A DNA stretch of 64,000 bases from Pseudolabrys sp. (GTDB lineage Bacteria; Pseudomonadota; Alphaproteobacteria; Rhizobiales; Xanthobacteraceae): assembly GCA_035765795.1 (NCBI GenBank), contig DASTWX010000238.1, forward strand, positions 4,635 to 68,634, in the 5' to 3' direction. Position 1 is the first letter of the stretch. Each line of letters begins with the position of its first letter. The notes under the pieces were generated by a model. The model was not told where the DNA came from and did not search any database. It worked only from the letters and a program-made list of their open reading frames with translations. A program made the position numbers and the translations under genes. This document shows, one piece after another, positions 1-7,564 of this stretch.

Positions 1-2
1 GC

Positions 3-1151
3 ATCCTTGACCTCGGACCGAATGCGCGTGACGTCGCCCACGCCAAACTGCACGACAATCCGGATACCTGGCTACGCTTTACCGATCTCGTCTTCATCGA
101 TCCGATCGGCACCGGCTGGAGCCGTACCGTCAAGCCGGAGGACGCAAAGCATTTCTGGAGCGTGGACAGCGATGCCGAGTCGATGGCGAAAGCCATCGCT
201 CTCTACGTCGCAAAGAACAACCGCGACGGCTCGCCCAAATACATTTTAGGCGAAAGCTACGGCGGATTCCGTGCCGCCAAGGTCGCGCGTAGCGTTCAGC
301 ACGATCAGGGCATCGTCATCGCCGGCATCGTGATGCTGTCGCCGCTCTTGGAAGGTTGGCTCACGTTCGGCGACGATCAATCGGCGCTCAATTCCGCGCT
401 GATCCTACCCTCGCTCGCGGCGGCGCAGCTCGAGCGCGGTAATCAACTCACCGACGACAAGGTGAAAGCGGCCGAAAAATTCGCGCTCGGACCTTATCTG
501 TCGACGCTCGCCGGGTCGCCGCCGCAGGGCGAGGCGGCGCACGCCTTCTATGAAAAAGTCGCGCAGTTGAGCGGCTTGCCGCTCGATTTGATCACGCGCC
601 AGCATGGTTTCGTCACCAATGGCGTGACGAAGAACTTGCGGGAGGGCAAGATCGTCAGCCATTACGACGCGACCTTCGCGGTCGATGCCCCCTACCCCGA
701 CCGAGACTCGTCGCACGCGCCGGACCCGATCCTGAGCGGCGTCGCCCGCGCTTATGGCGGCGCCTTCGCCGCTTATGCGCGCAATGAACTCAACTACAAG
801 ACGGAAGTAACCTATAAGCTCTTGGCGGATGATGTGACCCGCGGTTGGGACTGGGGTCACGGCCGCAGCCGGATCGGGGTCGAGAACGATCTTCGTCTGC
901 TGCTCAGTTTCGATCCGTCGTTTCGCCTGCTGATCGGCCATGGCTTGACCGACCTGGTGACGCCGTTTGCCGAAACGCAATACGTGCTCGATCACATGCC
1001 GTCGTTCGCGCCGGCTGGGCGCGTCAGCTTCAAACTGTATCGAGGTGGGCACATGATCTATCTCGATCCTTCCTCGCGAAAAGACTTTACCGCCGACGCG
1101 GCGGCATTCTACAGGACGGGGGAGACTGAAAACGCCTCCCCGTCACCTTGA
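3..1151 (+). CDS. Peptidase S10 (serine carboxypeptidase-like), 5'-truncated by the window edge
   Basis: Frame is open from base 3 (ILDLGPN...DNPDTWLRFTDLVFIDPIGTGWSR). Nucleophile motif GESYGG and C-terminal GGHMIY His motif are present. TGA at 1149-1151. Confidence 0.88.
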   Translation: MLDLGPNARDVAHAKLHDNPDTWLRFTDLVFIDPIGTGWSRTVKPEDAKHFWSVDSDAESMAKAIALYVAKNNRDGSPKYILGESYGGFRAAKVARSVQHDQGIVIAGIVMLSPLLEGWLTFGDDQSALNSALILPSLAAAQLERGNQLTDDKVKAAEKFALGPYLSTLAGSPPQGEAAHAFYEKVAQLSGLPLDLITRQHGFVTNGVTKNLREGKIVSHYDATFAVDAPYPDRDSSHAPDPILSGVARAYGGAFAAYARNELNYKTEVTYKLLADDVTRGWDWGHGRSRIGVENDLRLLLSFDPSFRLLIGHGLTDLVTPFAETQYVLDHMPSFAPAGRVSFKLYRGGHMIYLDPSSRKDFTADAAAFYRTGETENASPSP

Positions 1152-1257
1152 GGTGCTCGGCCGAAGGCCGAGCCTCGAAGGGCGACGGCCCCGTCCTGGC
1201 CTGTCATCCTTCGAGGGCTCGCGCGCAAAGGAGCGCGCTCGCACCTCAGGATGACGG
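1140..1257. repeat. REP/RIME-like nested palindromic element
   Basis: Terminal inverted repeat CCGTCACCTTGAGGTGC (1140-1156) / GCACCTCAGGATGACGG (1241-1257), 2 mismatches. Internal GAGCCTCGAAGG / CCTTCGAGGGCTC pair plus short hairpins. Confidence 0.8.
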
Positions 1258-1398
1258 AATGAGTCAACGCTTCCGAAGCCCAGTATAAGGCATGTCCGAT
1301 GGTGCGGAAGCGCTCTGTCCGATAACCCGAGAGCACAGGTTTCGGGACTGTTGGGGGGAGTGGTCAACCCAAGGTGCGAGTGAAGCGGTCGCGGCAGA

Positions 1399-2193
1399 TC
1401 AGGCGTTCTGCTCCAAAGATGCTCGAACCTCGGTTTCAATCATCTTCCAAATGCGATCGACCAGCGAGACGAACTCGACCTTTCGCTTTAGCTCCAAGGA
1501 GCGCGGCCGAGGGAGGTCGATTTTGACCTGGTCACGAATCGTGCCGGGCCGTGCGCTGAACACGACGACGCGATCGGCCAAAAATACGGCCTCATCGATC
1601 TGGTGCGTAATCAGCACGACCGTCTTTCGCGTTTCCTGCCAAATCGACATCAGTTCTGTTTGCATGATTTCGCGCGTCTGTGCATCGAGGGCAGCAAACG
1701 GCTCGTCAAGCAACAGAATTTTGGGATCGACTGCAAGCGCGCGGGCAACGTTCACGCGTTGGCGCATGCCGCCCGAAAGCTGGTGCGGATAGTGGTGCTC
1801 GAAACCGCGCAAACCCGCCAGATTGATGAATCGCTGCGCCGTCTTTGCAGCTTCAGGCTTGGGAACATGTGCGAGCGTAAGACCATACGCGACGTTCTGG
1901 ATGACGGTCTTCCACGGCAACAGTGCATCCTGCTGGAACACCATCGCCCGATCACGGCCAGGGCTACGGACCGGCACACCGTCAACTTTTACGCTGCCGT
2001 TGCTCGGCGCAAGCAAGCCGTCAACGATGCGGAGCAGCGTGGATTTTCCGCTGCCGCTCGCCCCGACGATCGCGAGAAATTCTCCCTCCGTGATAGACAG
2101 ATCGATGCTGCGTAGCGCCTCGACCGACGGCTTGCCCAGGCGCGCAAAAGTCTTGCTCACGTTTTCGATCTTGAGCCGTACGTCGCCGCTCAT
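1399..2193 (-). CDS. ABC transporter ATP-binding protein, NitT/TauT family
   Basis: Walker A GASGSGKST, signature LSGGMRQR, Walker B LLLDEPF, H-loop. ATGA overlap with the permease. Confidence 0.95.
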   Translation of the reverse strand: MSGDVRLKIENVSKTFARLGKPSVEALRSIDLSITEGEFLAIVGASGSGKSTLLRIVDGLLAPSNGSVKVDGVPVRSPGRDRAMVFQQDALLPWKTVIQNVAYGLTLAHVPKPEAAKTAQRFINLAGLRGFEHHYPHQLSGGMRQRVNVARALAVDPKILLLDEPFAALDAQTREIMQTELMSIWQETRKTVVLITHQIDEAVFLADRVVVFSARPGTIRDQVKIDLPRPRSLELKRKVEFVSLVDRIWKMIETEVRASLEQNA

Positions 2194-2990
2194 TCATGCC
2201 TCCAGGGAGCCAACCGGTGCTCCAGGGTCTCGAACAACATCGTGCCCAGCAAACCCATAGCGCCGAGGAGGAAGACGTAGGCAAGCACCCGGGCGGTATC
2301 GAACGTTTGGCTTGCCGACAGAATTGCGAAGCCGAAGCCGGCGAACGAGCCGAAGAACTCCGCAACCACAATACCCACGAGCGCGCGGGCCCAAGCCACA
2401 CGAATGCCGCTGACGATGAATGGAAGCGCAAAGGGAAACGTAACCGTCGTGAACACCTGTAGGTTAGTCGCGTTGAAGGAGCGGGCCGCTTCGATCAACT
2501 GCCGGTCGGTGGCCCGCAAGCCGGTCTCAGTCGTGACAACTACAGGAAAGACGGCGACAAGCAGAACAAGGACGAACTTGGACGCGAAACCGAGACCAAG
2601 CCAAGCGATGAACAGCGGCGCGAGCGCGATGATCGGCACGGAATTCAGCGCGGCCAGAAGCGGACCAGCCGTGAGCGACAGCGCGCGGCTGGATGCCAAC
2701 GAGAGCCCGAGCAAGACCCCAATAGCGACCGAGACAACGAATGAAATACCGACCGCGGTGACGGTTGCGACCGCGTTGGTCCACATCGCGCCGTCGTTGG
2801 CCTCCCGCACCAAGGCCCGCGCCACATCAATTGGCGGGACCAAGACGAGCCGGTTGGTGACGAACAGCGTAACCAATTGCCAGACGGCGATTACGCAGAC
2901 AGCCGATATGGCGACCCGGGCGGTCGCCGCCATCCGCCCGTCTTGCTCGAGCACATCCAGTATTTTTCGCAAAGCGCTCGGCTCTTGCAT
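2190..2990 (-). CDS. ABC transporter permease, NitT/TauT family
   Basis: Hydrophobic helices and EAA motif (LIEAARSFNA). One-base overlap with the amidohydrolase stop. Confidence 0.93.
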   Translation of the reverse strand: MQEPSALRKILDVLEQDGRMAATARVAISAVCVIAVWQLVTLFVTNRLVLVPPIDVARALVREANDGAMWTNAVATVTAVGISFVVSVAIGVLLGLSLASSRALSLTAGPLLAALNSVPIIALAPLFIAWLGLGFASKFVLVLLVAVFPVVVTTETGLRATDRQLIEAARSFNATNLQVFTTVTFPFALPFIVSGIRVAWARALVGIVVAEFFGSFAGFGFAILSASQTFDTARVLAYVFLLGAMGLLGTMLFETLEHRLAPWRHE

Positions 2991-4375
2991 CAGCCTGGAT
3001 ACTGAGCGCGCGCCTGCCGCCCCCAGCCCTTTTCGCCAACAACCTTCCCGCCTTTAAAGACGGTGCGCCCACGTACGATCGTTTCGATCGGCTTGCCGCG
3101 CACCCTGTTGCCCGCATACGGGCTCCAACCGGTCAGGCTGAGCACGTCGTCATCACGAATTTCGTATTCCTTCTCGAGATCGACCAACACCAAATCGGCG
3201 TGGTGGCCGGGCACCACATCGCCCTTTTTGCCGATGCCGAAGATCGCCGCCGGCGCTGTAGAGGTCGCCTCGACCACACGCTCCAACGAAATCTTGCCCT
3301 CCTGTGCGGCCGTCAGAAACATGCTGAGATAGAATTGCGTAGAGGGCGTCCCGGTATGCGCCTGCCAACCATCTCGCCAGCCGATCTCCTTTTCTTCCCG
3401 CGTATGCGGGGCGTGGTCGGTCGCGACAATATCGATTGTGCCGTCGTTCAGCCCTTCCCAGAGACTCGGCACGTTCTTTTCCGGCACCCAATACGAGAGA
3501 GCATATGAACCAAGCCGCTGGATGGACGACCAATCGCAACCGAGGAATAGAGCCCAGGGATTGATCTCGCAGGTGACCCGCTGGCCCGCGGCCTTGGCCC
3601 GCCGAATCAGATCGACACTGCCGCTCGTCTGCGTATGCAGAATATGCAGGTGGCAACCGGCCGCTTTCTGAAGCCGCAGCAGCGTGGCGATCGCCGTCTC
3701 CCAGATGACTCCATCGTGAGCGGCGTAAGCTTTCGCGTAGGCGAGGGCGTCGCGCTGCTGGCGATTCCAGAATTCCTTCTCGATGACGTCCATCAGCGCC
3801 TGATCGTGCGGATGCACCATCAGCGGCACGTTCACCTTGGCGCAATGCTGCATGATCTCGAGAATGCGTCCATGGTCGTGCACGCCAATCCCCGGCATGT
3901 GCGGGTACGAACGCCCGGTATCCACCACCATGAAAATCTTGAAGGCGGCGATGCCCTGGTCCGCCATCCGTGGGATTTCGTCGGCGATCGTCGGCGCCGG
4001 ATTGAAATTCCAATCCACGATGGCATCGCGCTCATAAATCGTGAATTGCTTTTTCAGTAGATCGAGACTGTTGGGCGGCGGATTGACGTTTGGCATACCA
4101 ACCGTCGTGGTGACCCCGCCCGCCGCGCATTGCATGGTGGAGGTGTGAATGGTGTCCTTGTATTCAAAACCGGGCTCGGATCCTTCGCGATGATGCGAAT
4201 GCATGTCGATGACGCCCGGGAGGATCGCGAGGCCGGATGCGTCCACCACGTCGGCCGCGGCCGGCTCGAGGCCGGGTTCGTAAAGCCCGGCAATCAGGCC
4301 ATCCTTGATGCCGATCGAAGTCTTGACGCGGCCTTTGGAAGTGATCAGCAGGCCGTTCTTAATCACGCGATCCAT
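2990..4375 (-). CDS. Dihydroorotase/allantoinase-like dinuclear metal amidohydrolase
   Basis: DMHSHHRE (HxH), AAGGVTT..MPN, candidate carbamylated Lys in AFKIFM, HILH, TDHAPH, and GxxADLV. AGGAG RBS upstream. Confidence 0.88.
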   Translation of the reverse strand: MDRVIKNGLLITSKGRVKTSIGIKDGLIAGLYEPGLEPAAADVVDASGLAILPGVIDMHSHHREGSEPGFEYKDTIHTSTMQCAAGGVTTTVGMPNVNPPPNSLDLLKKQFTIYERDAIVDWNFNPAPTIADEIPRMADQGIAAFKIFMVVDTGRSYPHMPGIGVHDHGRILEIMQHCAKVNVPLMVHPHDQALMDVIEKEFWNRQQRDALAYAKAYAAHDGVIWETAIATLLRLQKAAGCHLHILHTQTSGSVDLIRRAKAAGQRVTCEINPWALFLGCDWSSIQRLGSYALSYWVPEKNVPSLWEGLNDGTIDIVATDHAPHTREEKEIGWRDGWQAHTGTPSTQFYLSMFLTAAQEGKISLERVVEATSTAPAAIFGIGKKGDVVPGHHADLVLVDLEKEYEIRDDDVLSLTGWSPYAGNRVRGKPIETIVRGRTVFKGGKVVGEKGWGRQARAQYPG

Positions 4376-4401
4376 TCACCTGTCTCCTGGAACAATTTGA
4401 A

Positions 4402-5460
4402 TCAGAAAGAAGCATCGGCGGGCGCGATCCGCTTTTGACGGATCGTTTCCAAGACTTCGACCACGAACTCACGCGGCAACGCGCGGGTGATAAAGACGAT
4501 CTGGGAGCGCCGCTCGCCGCCCGGCCACTCGTCGAGTTCTTGCGGCGGATGGAAGAGGTGCTGCACGGCCTGGACGACGATCGGCTTGTCGCGTCCGGCG
4601 ATTGAAAGGATGCCCTTCACCCGCAACAACTGGTCTCCATGCGCCATGACCAGCGCATCGAGCCAGTTTGCCACATGCTCCCAATGCAGCGGCTCGGCAT
4701 AAGAGAGGCAGAACGAGCCGATGTCGGCGTCGTGCCGATTGACGTCGTGGTGGTGACGATGGCCGTGGCCCTCGTCGGCGCCATACCGATAGGCTTCCGC
4801 ATTGAGCCAAGCCGCCACGTCACTGCTCTTGGCCGCCGGATCATAGACATCGGCGGCCGCCAGATCGGCAAACCGAAATACATCGTTTCCCGCCGACCGG
4901 TGCAGACGCGCGCCTGCATTGAGCGCTAGCACGGCCGCCTCGGTGTTAGCGACCGCCGCGCCGGGCACATCGATCTTGGTGACGATCACGTCATCGGCCA
5001 CCGCCGCCTGCTTGAGGGACTCGGAATGCCGCTGCAGCGTCTGAATGCCGTTCACCGCATCGACGGCCGTAACGATCCGATGCAAGCAGAAGCGTCGTGC
5101 GACCGGAAAGGTCATCAACGCCTGAATCACCGGCGCCGGATCAGCGAGGCCGGTGGTCTCGATCACCACACGATCGAAATCCCTCACCTCGCCGCTTGCG
5201 CGCTTCGCCTGCAGCTCGCGCAGCGTATCCACCAGGTCACCGCGCACCGTGCAGCAGAGGCAGCCGGTGCTGAGCTCGATGGTGTTGTCGTTGCTCGATG
5301 CGATCAGGGCATGATCTATCCCAACTTCGCCGAACTCGTTTACGATCACGGCCGCCCCGGCAAGGTCGGGACTGCGCAGCCAAGCATTGAGGAGCGTGGT
5401 CTTGCCGCTGCCGAGAAAGCCCGTCAGCAGCATTACCGGCGTGCGGTCATCATTTGCCAT
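4402..5460 (-). CDS. COG0523/CobW-family G3E GTPase metallochaperone
   Basis: GFLGSGKTT, NEFGE, GCLCC, ETTGLADP, His-rich HGHRHHH insert, and CobW_C motifs LLRVKG and SQIVFI. ATG at 5460 chosen over TTG at 5472. Confidence 0.92.
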   Translation of the reverse strand: MANDDRTPVMLLTGFLGSGKTTLLNAWLRSPDLAGAAVIVNEFGEVGIDHALIASSNDNTIELSTGCLCCTVRGDLVDTLRELQAKRASGEVRDFDRVVIETTGLADPAPVIQALMTFPVARRFCLHRIVTAVDAVNGIQTLQRHSESLKQAAVADDVIVTKIDVPGAAVANTEAAVLALNAGARLHRSAGNDVFRFADLAAADVYDPAAKSSDVAAWLNAEAYRYGADEGHGHRHHHDVNRHDADIGSFCLSYAEPLHWEHVANWLDALVMAHGDQLLRVKGILSIAGRDKPIVVQAVQHLFHPPQELDEWPGGERRSQIVFITRALPREFVVEVLETIRQKRIAPADASF

Positions 5461-5493
5461 GCGCTCATCCAACGCTTGAACTCCGCCGCTGCG

Positions 5494-6465
5494 TTATTTC
5501 GCCGCGAGATAGCTCGGGTCGTAATACCGAGACAGATCGAACGGCTTTGCTGACGGCGCAGCGCGGCCGAGAGCGGCATCGATGTCGAGGATGTCTTTGA
5601 GCCCCGCGGCCTGCACCTCGAGCCCGGGAGCAATCGCTTTTTGTTCCTCGATGATGAATTTATAGGAGTCTGCACACACGTCCTTCGGAATGTGCGTATA
5701 AGCGGCGAGAATTTCGATCGCTTTTTGCTTATTCGCCGGCTTGTAAATCCAGATGGCCGCATCCTTCAGCGCCTGTGTGAGGCCGACCGCGGCTTTATGA
5801 TTCTTGGCGGCCCAGTCCTTGTTCACGATGAGCGGCGTCTCGATGTAAGGCTTCTTGTAAACGTCGAGGACCTTCATGCCCTGTCGTTGGGCCAAGGTGT
5901 CAAACGGAGCGATCAGCAACGCTCCTTGCACCTGTCCATTTTCCAACGCGACGATGCGGTCTTTGGAGTTGGTGATCGCCACCATCTTAACGCTTTCAGG
6001 GTCGACGCCATTCCGCTTGAGCTGATAGCGCAACAGGTTCGCCGTGCCGCCCTCGACCGCGCCGGCGGTCACGATTTTGCCCTTGAGCTGCTTGACTTCG
6101 TTCACGCCTTTGCCGCCGACCATGCGAAGGATGGTCTTGCCCAGAATGGCGCCGGTGATGACGACGGGAGCACCCTTGTCGACCGCGCGAATGACGAGAT
6201 CGCCGAGCGATATGCCCGCCTCCACGCTGCCGGAGGACACCGCTTGCAACAGGGCCGGACTGCTGCCCGCCCGCAATTCCTTCACCGTAACGCCATGCTT
6301 GGCGTAGAAGCCTTCCTGCTTCGCAATGGCGTGCAGCCACAAAAGGGCGCTGGGAGCCAGCGTGGCGACACGGACCTCCGTCGGCTGTTCGGCGCGTGCG
6401 GCCGCGGTGGTGAAAGAGAGCGCGGCGACCGCGCAAAAGCACAGACTTCGGGCAAGGCGCTTCAT
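5494..6465 (-). CDS. ABC substrate-binding protein, SsuA/TauA/NMT1-like
   Basis: Signal peptide ending AARA, class II periplasmic binding pattern (AKQEGFYAKHGV), and first gene of the operon. Confidence 0.85.
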   Translation of the reverse strand: MKRLARSLCFCAVAALSFTTAAARAEQPTEVRVATLAPSALLWLHAIAKQEGFYAKHGVTVKELRAGSSPALLQAVSSGSVEAGISLGDLVIRAVDKGAPVVITGAILGKTILRMVGGKGVNEVKQLKGKIVTAGAVEGGTANLLRYQLKRNGVDPESVKMVAITNSKDRIVALENGQVQGALLIAPFDTLAQRQGMKVLDVYKKPYIETPLIVNKDWAAKNHKAAVGLTQALKDAAIWIYKPANKQKAIEILAAYTHIPKDVCADSYKFIIEEQKAIAPGLEVQAAGLKDILDIDAALGRAAPSAKPFDLSRYYDPSYLAAK

Positions 6466-6565
6466 CGCAAAAACTCCTTTTCGGCCGGTTACGCAAATCC
6501 AGTCCGCCTCGCTCTGCGAGGACGGCTCACTATGGCAATTCAGCCCCCGGGCTTCAACATGTTTG

Positions 6566-6612
6566 TCATATTTTGCGAATTTTACGATTTGGTATAATGA
6601 AGCAAATTATGA
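6566..6612. promoter_or_regulatory. Candidate IclR operator in the divergent promoter region
   Basis: TCATATTTTGC (6566-6576) / GCAAATTATGA (6602-6612) inverted repeat, 10/11 match, flanking TATAAT at 6593-6598 in an AT-rich spacer. Confidence 0.45.
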
Positions 6613-6639
6613 GAACTGCCACTGACCCCAGGAAACCCC

Positions 6640-7410
6640 ATGGGCGGCCCGAATAGACTGATTTCAGTCTTACAGCTATTCGATAACGGCCGCTCCGTCT
6701 GGACAGTCGACGAGATCGCGGAGGCCTTGACGACGTCCCCCAGTACGGCCTACCGCTCCGTACGCGCGCTGGTGCAAGGGGGGTTCCTCGACCCGGTCAC
6801 CGGTGCGGGTTATGCGCTTGGGCCGGCGTTCATTCGCTATGACCGGGTGCTCAGACAAAACGACCCTCTGATCAAGGCCGCCGATCTGATCATGAGCGAT
6901 CTGCTCTCGCAGACGGACCAAGGAGCCACGGTCATTCTTTGCCGGCGCTTCCGCGATTGCGTCATGTGCGTCCACGAAGTGCAAGGTGCCAAGCCTCATG
7001 CACCAACGAGCTATCAGCGCGGCGTTGCCATGCCGATGTTCATCGGCGCCACATCGAAAATCATCCTGGCGCACCTACCGGACCGCGTCCTCAAGAGTAC
7101 CTACCTCAGCAATGAGCAGGTTATCCGGCGGGTATTGAAGGTTCAGAACTGGCAGCAGTTTCGTGAGCAGCTAAAAGCGATCCGCCGGGCCGGCATTGCC
7201 TTGACCGATTCCGAAGTGGCCAAAGGGCGGATTGGCGTCGCCGCGCCGATCGTCCGCGAGAGTCAGGTGATCGCCAGCATCAGCTTGGTCATCGCCGCGA
7301 AAGCGTTGGGCCACCGCAAAGCCGAAACAATGGTGTCTTCCGTGCTGGCCGCAGCGTCACGTATCTCGCGGAACCTTTCTCGGGAAAAACCCTTAGTCAC
7401 AAGAGGATGA
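6640..7410 (+). CDS. IclR family transcriptional regulator
   Basis: N-terminal HTH (VDEIAEALTTSPSTAYR), effector-domain motifs GATSKIILAHL and GVAAPI. Divergent from the ABC operon. Confidence 0.9.
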   Translation: MGGPNRLISVLQLFDNGRSVWTVDEIAEALTTSPSTAYRSVRALVQGGFLDPVTGAGYALGPAFIRYDRVLRQNDPLIKAADLIMSDLLSQTDQGATVILCRRFRDCVMCVHEVQGAKPHAPTSYQRGVAMPMFIGATSKIILAHLPDRVLKSTYLSNEQVIRRVLKVQNWQQFREQLKAIRRAGIALTDSEVAKGRIGVAAPIVRESQVIASISLVIAAKALGHRKAETMVSSVLAAASRISRNLSREKPLVTRG

Positions 7411-7564
7411 GCAATGATACGGTGCAACTCCTGAGCCGCAAGTTTTTGAGTATGCGGGTCTTTTCGGATCGTTGGCTAAGGGGGGCATTTATGTCATCGG
7501 AACTTTCACGGACATAAAGCGCCGGTGCCCGCTACCATTTGCCTTTCGTCATCGGAAGCCGCAT

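Noticed and set aside
1258-1398. Possible small RNA with a C-rich anti-SD-like loop downstream of the ABC operon
   Set aside because: Only short stems (5-8 bp), no promoter or terminator, and no match to an RNA family that I can recognise.
7499-7526. EcfG-type promoter for glgP
   Set aside because: GGAAC is present but the -10 position reads CGCC, lacking the conserved TT.
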